Origin: Calditrichia bacterium
GTDB taxonomy: Bacteria; Calditrichota; Calditrichia; RBG-13-44-9
NCBI GenBank assembly: GCA_037381445.1
Contig: JARRQT010000029.1
Span: forward strand, 1-22,151
Length of the DNA: 22,151 nt
Direction: 5' to 3'
Position 1 is the stretch's first letter. Every line of letters starts with the position of its first letter. Shown one piece after another: positions 9,783 to 18,221 of the stretch. A program made the translations under genes and the position numbers. The notes below the pieces were generated by a model. That model was not told the DNA's origin. It worked only from the letters and a program-made list of their open reading frames with translations, and did not search any database.

Positions 9783-9811
9783 AATATACGACCTAATTCT
9801 GTAGAAATTCT
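9783..9811 (-). promoter_or_regulatory. Response regulator promoter: tandem direct repeat (candidate autoregulatory site) plus -10 box
   Basis: The minus strand reads AGAATT-tctac-AGAATT-aggtcg-TATATT and ends 12 nt before the ATG at 9770. Confidence 0.75.
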
Positions 9812-10181
9812 ATTGAAAATAATGTCATGACGTCTATCCGCATATTGACAACTCCAGATTCGAGGCCCAACCTGCAATATTTTTTAGTCAAAATTGAACC
9901 TTCTCCCTATCTTGGTCGTAAGAATTTTTCTATTTGTCGGATTTGACGGAGTTTGCATTGTTAAATTGTTCTTTCATTCATCTTCCCCTGCCATGCATAG
10001 CAGGAAGTCTGTTAGAATTAAATACCAACTCCCGTCATAGTTGTTCAGGATAATTAAAAGATGTTATTGATCTGGAACGCAAAACATGATATCTCAAAAT
10101 GATACCGTTTGAAAACGGGAATCTTGCCGGAAAGAGGCATTGCCCTGAATATGCCCGGAGAACGACCGAATTTAGTTAGAT

Positions 10182-10205
10182 TTTATCATATTGCAATGTG
10201 ATAAA
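10182..10205. promoter_or_regulatory. 24-bp near-perfect palindrome, candidate operator upstream of peroxiredoxin
   Basis: TTTATCATATTG|CAATGTGATAAA, with one mismatch (10189 T vs 10198 G). Confidence 0.45.
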
Positions 10206-10253
10206 GGGAAATTTGTTTCACTGAAAAAAATAGGATTTCATTTTTAATTTCCA

Positions 10254-10272
10254 AATAAAATCATAAAACAAA
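10254..10272 (+). repeat. 19-bp direct repeat, copy 1 (AATAAAATCATAAAACAAA)
   Basis: Exact second copy at 11013-11031; the two copies flank the peroxiredoxin gene. Confidence 0.85.
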
Positions 10273-10289
10273 TATAGTCCAAACTATAT
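10272..10289. promoter_or_regulatory. 7-4-7 inverted repeat, candidate operator near the peroxiredoxin RBS
   Basis: ATATAGT-ccaa-ACTATAT with perfect arms, 26 nt upstream of the ATG at 10316. Confidence 0.45.
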
Positions 10290-10315
10290 AAATCCTAACC
10301 GAAAGGAGACAGAAA

Positions 10316-10915
10316 ATGAGTGTCTTAGTTGCTAAGGAAGCGCCGGATTTTACAGCCCCGGCGGTCATGCCAGACGGATCAATTAAAGATGATTTCAGGC
10401 TTTCCGATTTAAAGGGAAAATATGTCGTGCTATTCTTCTGGCCCATGGATTTTACGTTTGTATGTCCTACCGAGATCATCGCCCACGACCGCCGGCTGGC
10501 GGAATTCAAGGAACGCAACGTGGAAGTCATCGGCGTTTCAATAGATTCGCAATACACCCATTATTCCTGGCGGAATACGCCGGTTGAAAAGGGCGGTATC
10601 GGGGCAGTGCGTTTTCCCATGGTAGCGGATGTGAAGCACATGATTACGCAGGCTTACGGCATCGAACACCCCGATGGAGTGGCATTGCGAGCTTCATTCC
10701 TGATCGATAAAAACGGCGTGGTCCAGCATCAGGTCATCAACAATCTTCCCATCGGCAGAAATATTGATGAAATGATCCGGATTATCGACGCCCTGCAATT
10801 CACCGAAAAATACGGTGAGGTCTGCCCGGCCGGCTGGCATAAGGGTGAAGAGGGAATGAAAGAATCGGCGGAAGGAGTCTCAAAATACCTCTCCGCAAAC
10901 GCGAATAAGTTATAG
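10316..10915 (+). CDS. ahpC: Typical 2-Cys peroxiredoxin (AhpC/Prx1 subfamily)
   Basis: Peroxidatic motif PMDFTFVCPTE, GGIG loop, GRNIDEMIR, resolving motif EVCPAGW; RBS AAGGAG upstream. The symbol is at family level, and no ahpF is adjacent. Confidence 0.93.
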   Translation: MSVLVAKEAPDFTAPAVMPDGSIKDDFRLSDLKGKYVVLFFWPMDFTFVCPTEIIAHDRRLAEFKERNVEVIGVSIDSQYTHYSWRNTPVEKGGIGAVRFPMVADVKHMITQAYGIEHPDGVALRASFLIDKNGVVQHQVINNLPIGRNIDEMIRIIDALQFTEKYGEVCPAGWHKGEEGMKESAEGVSKYLSANANKL

Positions 10916-11012
10916 GGACAACGGCAGCGGTCCTGCTTCAAAGTTTCGAAGAAGGGATAAGAGATATTGAATCCGGAGCAGGCCGTAAGGCAGCAATTCC
11001 GCTGAATACCTT

Positions 11013-11031
11013 AATAAAATCATAAAACAAA
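11013..11031 (+). repeat. 19-bp direct repeat, copy 2 (AATAAAATCATAAAACAAA)
   Basis: Identical to 10254-10272. Confidence 0.85.
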
Positions 11032-11070
11032 AACTCCGGTTCAGCCCAAAACGGCAACCGGAGTTTTTTT
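11029..11070. terminator. Bidirectional intrinsic terminator between peroxiredoxin and hybrid kinase
   Basis: AAAAACTCCGGTT-N14-AACCGGAGTTTTTTT: GC-rich stem with an A-tract before and a T-tract after, between convergent genes. Confidence 0.85.
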
Positions 11071-11117
11071 ATTGAACCAAACGGTTAATTTAATCTGTCG
11101 ACGAAAACGCTGATCTT

Positions 11118-13967
11118 TCAATTTCCCAGGATTATCCGGATTTTTTCCAGCAGGGAACCGATGCTGAAAGGTTTCTGAATAAATTGAATTCCTTTACGGA
11201 TGGAATCGGCATCAAACAGTTGCACATCGGTATATCCCGATGCGAACAGCACCCTGATACCGGGCTGAATGCGGATAATCTGATCCGCAAGCTCCTTGCC
11301 GTTCATCCGGGGCATTACCATATCGGTGAGCAGCAGATCGATGGTTCTTCCGGATTGCTCCAGCTGCCGGATCGCCTCGGGACCATCGGAAGCCGAAATG
11401 ATATGATAGCCGTGTTCGCGCAGGGCGTCGGCTGTAAACTCGCGGACACTCTCATCATCTTCCACCAGCAGAATTGTTTCCCTGCCCCTGGCAGCCTGAG
11501 GCTTTGCCTCTTCCTGCCCGGTATCCGTCGGTGCCTCATCGCTGGCCGGCCAGTAAATGGTGAAGGTGCTGCCCTCGCCGGATTGACTCTCCACTTTAAC
11601 ACAGCCTTTGTTTTGCCGGACAATACCGTAGACCGTGGACAGACCCAGGCCGGTCCCTTTGCCGGTTTCTTTGGTGGTAAAGAAAGGTTCGAAGATTTTC
11701 TCTTTCATGATCTCGCTCATGCCCTGGCCGTTATCTTCCACGGTAAGAAGCACATGCGTGCCGGGAGTGCAGCCGGGCATGGTGGCCGCGAACGCCGCGT
11801 CGATTTCCTGCGCATCCGTCTTGATAACAATTCGCTTTTCCTCTGTCGAATTGACTTTCTGATTAACAGCGTCCCGCGCATTCACCAGCAGATTCAACAA
11901 GATCTGCTCAATCTGGCTGGGGTCCGCTTTCACTGCCGGCAGTCCGGATTTGAGATCGGTCTCAATATGAATATCCTCCCCGATCAGACGCAGCATCATT
12001 TTATTCAGGTCGGCGATGGTTTTATTGATATCCAGAATCTTCGGCCGGAACATCTGTTTGCGGCTGAAGGCCAGCAGCTGCCGGGTAAGATCGTGGGCCC
12101 GTTCACCGGCCCTGCGGATGGACTGGAGAAAATTATACAGGTAGTGATCCGGCTCAATTCTCTTCATGGCCAAGTCCGAATAGCCATTGATGACGGTCAG
12201 CAGATTATTGAAATCGTGGGCGATTCCCCCGGCCAGCGTTCCGATGGACTCCATTTTTTGGGCCTGGCGAAGCTGTTCCTCCAGTTGCCGCTGCTCGGAG
12301 ACGTCCCGCGAGACCCCTATCATGGCTACCGGCTCATTCTTTTCATTTCTCAGCGGCGAGGTATACAGGGAAACGACAAATTCGCTGCCGTCCTTACGTT
12401 TGTTGAGAATTTCGCCCCGCCAGCCGCCCCGCAAAGTTGACGGCAATATTTCGGAGAGGACTTCCGGGGAATTATGGACAGAGCGGACCAGGTCCACGGA
12501 CTGACCGATCATTTCTTCGCGCATGTAACCGTAGGCTTCGCAGAATGCATCATTCACAAAAATGAAGCGGTCTTCCAGATCGGTAACGCCGACCATTTCA
12601 CTGATGCTTTTCAACGCCTGGGCCAGCATGCGGATTTCCTTCTCCACCTTTCGCTGGCCGGTTATATCCTTCTGCGTACCCCAGACCGCGGTAAGATGCC
12701 CATCACGGACCACGCCCACTGCATTGTAAACAAAAGCAACCTCTTCTCCCTGCCCATCGACCTGGCTCACCTCCAGATCTTCGAGCCGGTATCCGTTACG
12801 AATAAATTGTTCAAACTCGCTGGCATAATGCCGGAATTTTCTGTCATCAAAAATATCCTTTAGGTATTTACCCATAACGGAATCTTTGCCCGGGAATCCG
12901 GACATACGCGCAAAAACATCATTACACTCGCCGATAAAACCGGACTTCAGGAGTTTTTGGAATTGTTTGTCAAGGGACATCAGACTGGAAATAGGAGGAT
13001 TAAATTCCAAAAGAAAAATTCCCTCCGAACTCTGTTCCAGGAAAGTCCGGAAACGCTGCTCGCTTTTCCGAAGGGCTTCGATGGCCTGCTTCTGCTGGGT
13101 TATATCAATATTAATTCCCAAAATACCCATTGTCTCGCCCGGCGCCTGACTGATGGGGGCGACGATGCTCTGAAAATAGCCCGACTCACCATATTTCACC
13201 TCGCTCCGCACAATTTCACCATCCAGGGCCCGCCGGTTGTTTTTCTGCCATATTGATAAAACCTCGGGCGGCGCCCCCGTCTCCTTCGGCAATTTGCCAA
13301 TCTGATTTCCCCAGTTCCTGATTGAAACCGTATTCTGAATAAGATATCTTCCGTCCTGGCCGCACACCCAAAAATCGAAGGGAATATTATCGAAGATGGT
13401 TTGGAGCCGGGCCCGGCTTTCCCTTAAATCGGCTTCCGCCCTCCGCTGCTCCGTCACATCTAGAAGTGTTCCGATAACCGCCGCTTTCCCCCGATAAATG
13501 GTTCGGGAGCCGTATACTTCCACGTGGATTGAGCGTTTCGATTTGGTTTGACCCACAAAATCATAATGCAGCGCTTCCACTTCCCCGGCAATTCGCTGGC
13601 GGATTTTCTCCTGCACGCCGGGCCAGTTGTCCGGGCGTGCAATGTCCCGCGGACCCAGCTTATCGATCAGCTCTGCAGTGGTATATCCGAATATTTCAGC
13701 AAAGCGGGGATTGACATATTTAAATAAGCCATCCTGAATGAGGTAGACACCGCCCATCGATTTTTCGGTGAGGTCGCGAAACTTGGTTTCGGATTCTTCC
13801 AGAGCCAGCCGGGTCTCCCGCCGGGAAGTCACATCCCGAACGATGATCATAATGTATTCGCTGTCCCCGGGTTCAAGGAGGGTGGGATGAATTTCCGTAT
13901 ATATCCGGCTGCCGTCTTTACAGGAGGCAGGCAGTTCATCTATTATTTCGGCGCGGCCGCTTTTCAC
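11118..13967 (-). CDS. Cytoplasmic multi-PAS hybrid sensor histidine kinase with C-terminal receiver (CckA-like architecture); true 5' end lies upstream and is disrupted
   Basis: Four intact PAS-PAC units, H-box [14 protein letters not shown]-box [10 protein letters not shown]1 [30 protein letters not shown], and REC ILLVEDD...[12 protein letters not shown]...FASGY...QKPF. Confidence 0.93.
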   Translation of the reverse strand: MKSGRAEIIDELPASCKDGSRIYTEIHPTLLEPGDSEYIMIIVRDVTSRRETRLALEESETKFRDLTEKSMGGVYLIQDGLFKYVNPRFAEIFGYTTAELIDKLGPRDIARPDNWPGVQEKIRQRIAGEVEALHYDFVGQTKSKRSIHVEVYGSRTIYRGKAAVIGTLLDVTEQRRAEADLRESRARLQTIFDNIPFDFWVCGQDGRYLIQNTVSIRNWGNQIGKLPKETGAPPEVLSIWQKNNRRALDGEIVRSEVKYGESGYFQSIVAPISQAPGETMGILGINIDITQQKQAIEALRKSEQRFRTFLEQSSEGIFLLEFNPPISSLMSLDKQFQKLLKSGFIGECNDVFARMSGFPGKDSVMGKYLKDIFDDRKFRHYASEFEQFIRNGYRLEDLEVSQVDGQGEEVAFVYNAVGVVRDGHLTAVWGTQKDITGQRKVEKEIRMLAQALKSISEMVGVTDLEDRFIFVNDAFCEAYGYMREEMIGQSVDLVRSVHNSPEVLSEILPSTLRGGWRGEILNKRKDGSEFVVSLYTSPLRNEKNEPVAMIGVSRDVSEQRQLEEQLRQAQKMESIGTLAGGIAHDFNNLLTVINGYSDLAMKRIEPDHYLYNFLQSIRRAGERAHDLTRQLLAFSRKQMFRPKILDINKTIADLNKMMLRLIGEDIHIETDLKSGLPAVKADPSQIEQILLNLLVNARDAVNQKVNSTEEKRIVIKTDAQEIDAAFAATMPGCTPGTHVLLTVEDNGQGMSEIMKEKIFEPFFTTKETGKGTGLGLSTVYGIVRQNKGCVKVESQSGEGSTFTIYWPASDEAPTDTGQEEAKPQAARGRETILLVEDDESVREFTADALREHGYHIISASDGPEAIRQLEQSGRTIDLLLTDMVMPRMNGKELADQIIRIQPGIRVLFASGYTDVQLFDADSIRKGIQFIQKPFSIGSLLEKIRIILGN

Positions 13968-14280
13968 CCTGGCATACGACTCCCTTAAAAGCGCCAGAGA
14001 AGCTTCGGGCTAGAGGTCCAGCACAGTCAGCGAGAGTATCTCTTTTTCGGTATACCCCAGCATCTCGCACAGCGCATTATTCCCCATCATCAGATTGCCG
14101 GTCTTTCCGTCCACCAGTGCGATGGCATCGGGAAAATGATCGAGCCGTATCCGAAAGGTCCTCCCCGTGCCGTCTTCTTTCCCGGGGCGTTCTGCAATGC
14201 ATTTCAGGCTAAGCGCCCATTTTTCTTTCTTGTTTTTTTACCGCGGGGAGATGGACTTCCAGTCCTTTTTGTTTCTTCAT
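13968..14280 (-). pseudogene. Disrupted N-terminal extension (first PAS domain) of the hybrid kinase
   Basis: The same frame continues upstream as [63 protein letters not shown], with TAG at 14010-14012. The frame is closed by TAA at 14238-14240 beside an A7 tract. A candidate ATG at 14280 lies in the neighbouring frame, so the upstream boundary is uncertain. Confidence 0.75.
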
Positions 14281-14636
14281 CAACAGGATTTTGTCTCCCG
14301 GAATTTGTTTCATCGCTGGGGCCGGCCATACACTCTTTTCCTTTCGAATAAGCAATATTAAAGATAACAGCACCGAATCCAAATAAACAGAATCATTATT
14401 TATTTTTCCCTCTCGACGGACCTCCCTGTAAAGCGGCTGATTAAATGTTTCCCCGCAATCCAATATTATCGAAAGTTATTAAGAAACCTGAAGATATAAA
14501 GTTAAATAGCAGGGTTAGGAAACCGCCGGTTATTTTAAAACTTAAAATCACATGACGCCGGCCCTGAATTAAATATTGATTTTTATCCTGTTTCTGTCCA
14601 ATATACACTTAATGAATAGATGATCGCCATACTGCC

Positions 14637-14669
14637 TTGACATCCGCTAACCAGGGTGAATATTTCACC
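14637..14669 (+). promoter_or_regulatory. Candidate sigma70 promoter with palindrome over the -10 box
   Basis: TTGACA(14637-14642)-N16-AATATT(14659-14664). GGTGAA-TAT-TTCACC (14655-14669) overlaps the -10 and abuts the RBS GGAGGT (14671-14676). Confidence 0.45.
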
Positions 14670-14682
14670 GGGAGGTAATGAA

Positions 14683-15519
14683 ATGTGCGAATTCTGTACC
14701 AAACATGGTGAGGGGAAGAAATGGTATCTCAACGCCAGTAATTATGCGACCGAATTGCTGAAAGATCTGGAGCGTCAAAAATTTATCGAGCACTTTTTTG
14801 AAGAAGTCATACGGAAAGGTAACAGAAAAATCTCCTATCTGGAAAAAATTTTTCAGGGGAAAATGCTGCTGCCGCAGAGAATCAGGCAGCGGCTCACAAA
14901 TGGTTCCCTGAAATCACATTTCGGACAGGTCATTCCGCTGGAGGAAATACCCAAAATCCTGGCCATGGCCACTTCGGTGACAAGAATTACCTGCGGATGC
15001 CGCTGGGCAGCCGAAAAACAGGAAAGCAGGACCTGTTACGGAATCAGCACCGGACCACCCGACTGGTATGACCATCTTGATCTGGACTTTTTCGGTTCGC
15101 CGGAACTTTCGAGCTTCGAGGTACTGAGCCCGGAAGTAGCCTGCCATGCCATGGCAGAGGATGACAGAAAAGGAATGGTGCACAGCCTCTGGACGTTCGG
15201 GACTCCTTTCATCGGCGCCATCTGCAATTGCGAAAGCCAATACTGTCTGGCTTTGCGGAGCACGGTCGGTCAGAAAATTCCGGTCATGTTCCGTGCAGAA
15301 TATATCGCCGCTATTGACCAGTCCAAATGCAATGGCTGCCGGGCCTGCGAAAGAAATTGCCAGTTTAATGCCATCGAATTCAATGGCAAAAAACAGCCTT
15401 CCCGGATTGATCCCCAAAAATGTTTCGGGTGCGGCGTCTGCAGGGCTGTCTGCCCGGAAGAGGCCATATCATTGCAACAGCGAACCGCCCATCCGGTGGC
15501 GGCCCATCTCTGGATGTAA
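14683..15519 (+). CDS. Cys-rich 4Fe-4S dicluster domain protein
   Basis: Two ferredoxin motifs (CNGCRACERNC, CFGCGVCRAVCP) plus N-terminal MCEFC, CGCR and AICNC-x4-C. ATG 14683 chosen because GGAGGT lies 6 nt upstream. Confidence 0.88.
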   Translation: MCEFCTKHGEGKKWYLNASNYATELLKDLERQKFIEHFFEEVIRKGNRKISYLEKIFQGKMLLPQRIRQRLTNGSLKSHFGQVIPLEEIPKILAMATSVTRITCGCRWAAEKQESRTCYGISTGPPDWYDHLDLDFFGSPELSSFEVLSPEVACHAMAEDDRKGMVHSLWTFGTPFIGAICNCESQYCLALRSTVGQKIPVMFRAEYIAAIDQSKCNGCRACERNCQFNAIEFNGKKQPSRIDPQKCFGCGVCRAVCPEEAISLQQRTAHPVAAHLWM

Positions 15520-15527
15520 AAAGTCCT

Positions 15528-15561
15528 GCCCGGAATCCGGTCCAAACCACCGAATCCGGGC
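15528..15561 (+). terminator. Hairpin after the Fe-S protein gene, possible terminator
   Basis: Imperfect stem GCCCGGAATCCGGT / ACCGAATCCGGGC 8 nt after the stop; the U-tract is weak and displaced. Confidence 0.35.
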
Positions 15562-15974
15562 TTCGGCAATTTTTCGCAGCATTTGAGTATTCCTGTTTTT
15601 GAGACAGCTACAGGAACGCGAAAAACTTCCCTCACAGTAACCATTTGTTTCTAAATCATAAAAAGAAACAGGCCTTGGATTTTTGCATTATCTTTTTAGA
15701 TTAGGGATGCGTTTTATGGTGCCGTATTTTTTAAACTTGATGCTGTTCAACCAAGTTATCTGACCCGCAGCGGAACGGCACAGATTTTCATAATTTTCAG
15801 AATTGGCGGTCTTTAATTCCGGGGACGGAATCACCCAAAAATGGATTGTTTCCATTGAAATATCGGACAGCCCCGGCGACAGGCAGGCGAAAAATTAATT
15901 ACAATTGATTCACGATCTGCATGATCATTTCCCGGAGTACTAATTTCATATATCCAAACCGAAACTACCATTTG

Positions 15975-17078
15975 ATGAATATATTAAAAGCGGCCTTGTT
16001 ACTCCTATCTCTTCTGATGCTGACATGTGTTGTGCCAGGCTTCTCCGCTGCCAATGACTCATCCTACTATTTTTATCACGGGAGATCATACGGATCGGAG
16101 GAGACCTTCAATCCTCTGACAACCATTTTGAACGGCGGTTTCGGCATTCTGCAGATCAGCAGCCGCTCCAACCGGATTTCCGATATCGATTTCAGTACCG
16201 GCCTGAGAAATGTGACTTACAATCTCTCCCATCCGTTTTCAGCCATTGAAAAATTCGGCTGGAACAGGTTTTTGTCACAGGAAGTCATCCCCACCAGTTA
16301 TAAGCTGAAGGAGGCCCAGTATTTTCCGAATTATGAACTCCACCTGATCGGAGGCGGCGCCACTTTCCGCATGTTTCTGGAATGGTACCGCTGGCACCAG
16401 TTTCCCAAACCGGTTTTATGGTCGCTGACATCCTGGTTTTCTTACCACCTTATCAACGAAGTGGTTGAAAACAATACCTATCAGGGTCCCTCGGTGGACG
16501 TGCTGGCAGATATGTATATCTTCAATGTGGGCGGATTACTGTTGTTCAGCTCCGACCGGGTTTCACGCTTTTTCGGGCAGACGCTGCAGTTGCGGGACTG
16601 GTCCTTCATGCCGGCATATGACCCTGCGCTTCAGACCATCGAAAACATCGGTCAGAATTTCATGATCAAAATAAAGCTCCCTTTCTGGAAACCCTGGTCG
16701 CTGATGTATCATTTTGGTGTTCACGGCACCTGGGGATTGTCCTATCGCCGCAGGGACGGCCGCAGTTTTTCCCTTACCGGCGGGCTCATTGCCAAAGATA
16801 TCGTTGATATCGACAACGGCAGCGGCGTGCGCTCCCAGACCACCAACCTGGTGTGGACGGTGGCCATGTTCTACGACCTGAACAACTCCCTCCTGGCCTC
16901 CCTGATACTGGCCGGAACAAAGGGATATAAAGTAAGACTGAATATCTATCCAGGAATTTTCCGGATCGGAAATTTCTCCCCGGCGTTCTTTATCAGCCTG
17001 AGAGATGACAATGCGCTGGTCACCGGTTTCCACGTCCACTTCTCGCCTTTCGGACTGGCGCAGCGCTTCGGGATGTAG
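15975..17078 (+). CDS. Hypothetical exported / outer-membrane protein
   Basis: Long ORF with a signal peptide from ATG 15975 (MNILKAALLLLSLLMLTCVVPGFSA), a central helical hydrophobic region, and an aromatic, alternating beta-strand-like C-terminal third. Confidence 0.8.
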   Translation: MNILKAALLLLSLLMLTCVVPGFSAANDSSYYFYHGRSYGSEETFNPLTTILNGGFGILQISSRSNRISDIDFSTGLRNVTYNLSHPFSAIEKFGWNRFLSQEVIPTSYKLKEAQYFPNYELHLIGGGATFRMFLEWYRWHQFPKPVLWSLTSWFSYHLINEVVENNTYQGPSVDVLADMYIFNVGGLLLFSSDRVSRFFGQTLQLRDWSFMPAYDPALQTIENIGQNFMIKIKLPFWKPWSLMYHFGVHGTWGLSYRRRDGRSFSLTGGLIAKDIVDIDNGSGVRSQTTNLVWTVAMFYDLNNSLLASLILAGTKGYKVRLNIYPGIFRIGNFSPAFFISLRDDNALVTGFHVHFSPFGLAQRFGM

Positions 17079-17168
17079 TTCTCTTCAAGCGGAAACTTTG
17101 GTATTACCCCAGAAATTTCTGGAAATAACCAGCCAGACTTTGTACATTTTTACAAAAAACGGGTCGTC

Positions 17169-18155
17169 ATGCCAACCAATTTGCCGCCCGAATATTTCAG
17201 GGCAGAAGAGCGTTACCGGTCCGCCGACAGCCCGGATGAAAAGATCGTCCTGCTGGAAAAAATGATTGCCACCATCCCCAAGCACAAGGGAACGGACAAA
17301 CTCCGCGCTGACCTGCGAAGGAAACTGGCCAGGATGAAAGAGGCCGCCCGGGTCAGGAAAAAGACCGGCGGACACGAATCGCTTTTCCATGTGGAGAGGG
17401 AAGGCGCGGGCAGAGTACTGCTGGTGGGCCCGCCCAACAGCGGGAAATCGGCCCTGCTGGCCGCACTCACCGGGGCTGAGCCCAAAATTTCGGATTCCCC
17501 CTACACCACCTGGTCGGCAATTCCCGGCATGATGCTCCATGAAAAAATTCAAATTCAGCTCATCGATACCCCACCGCTGAGCAGGGAACATATCGAGCAC
17601 GAATTAATGGATCTGGCCCGTACGGCCGACATGATTTTGGTGGTATTGGACTTGTGCTGCGATCCGCTGAAGCAGTTGCAGGAAACCGCGGAAATCTTGG
17701 TTCAAAACGGAATTATACCCCATTGCGGCAGAAACCGTTTTGGAGATTCTCCCCACGCAGTAGTCCTGCCCTTTTTAGTTGTTGTAAATAAAACAGATAG
17801 CGCAGAACTGGATGAGGATTTTCATATTTTTTGTGATCTGCTGGAAGAGGAGTGGCCGCTCATCAGCATCTCCGGCCAGACCGGAAGGAATCTTGACAAA
17901 CTGAAACAGGAAATTTTCACCGGGCTGCAGATCATACGGGTTTATGCGAAGCCGCCCGGCCAGGAGGCGGATTTCAGCACTCCTTTTGCCATGAGACAGG
18001 GGGATACAGTTGAAGATTTCGCCGCCAGGGTGCACAAAGATTTTGTCAAAAATCTGAAGACCGCCCGTATCTGGGGCAAAAAGGTTTATGACGGCCAACC
18101 CGCGGGACGTGACCACCTGCTGGAAGACGGCGACGTAGTGGAACTGCATACGTAG
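17169..18155 (+). CDS. DRG-type (Obg superfamily) GTPase with C-terminal TGS domain
   Basis: N-terminal IPKHKGTDKLRADLRRKLA, G1 GPPNSGKS, G2 PYTT, G3 variant DTPP, G4 NKTD, and TGS IRVYAKPPG...TVEDFAARVHKDF...ARIWG...HLLEDGDVVELH. Confidence 0.92.
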   Translation: MPTNLPPEYFRAEERYRSADSPDEKIVLLEKMIATIPKHKGTDKLRADLRRKLARMKEAARVRKKTGGHESLFHVEREGAGRVLLVGPPNSGKSALLAALTGAEPKISDSPYTTWSAIPGMMLHEKIQIQLIDTPPLSREHIEHELMDLARTADMILVVLDLCCDPLKQLQETAEILVQNGIIPHCGRNRFGDSPHAVVLPFLVVVNKTDSAELDEDFHIFCDLLEEEWPLISISGQTGRNLDKLKQEIFTGLQIIRVYAKPPGQEADFSTPFAMRQGDTVEDFAARVHKDFVKNLKTARIWGKKVYDGQPAGRDHLLEDGDVVELHT

Positions 18156-18221
18156 GCAAATTTTGACAGGATGGTCAAATTTCATCTCCCGGGATTTTAG
18201 TTCAGCAAAACGGAATTTATT

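Noticed and set aside
11184..12440. 418-aa plus-strand ORF
   Set aside because: Antisense shadow of the hybrid kinase, expected from codon bias.
14010..14012. Stop-codon reassignment or pyrrolysine readthrough
   Set aside because: TAG terminates the MATE, TBDR, peroxiredoxin, hypothetical and GTPase genes, and no pyl genes are in the window.
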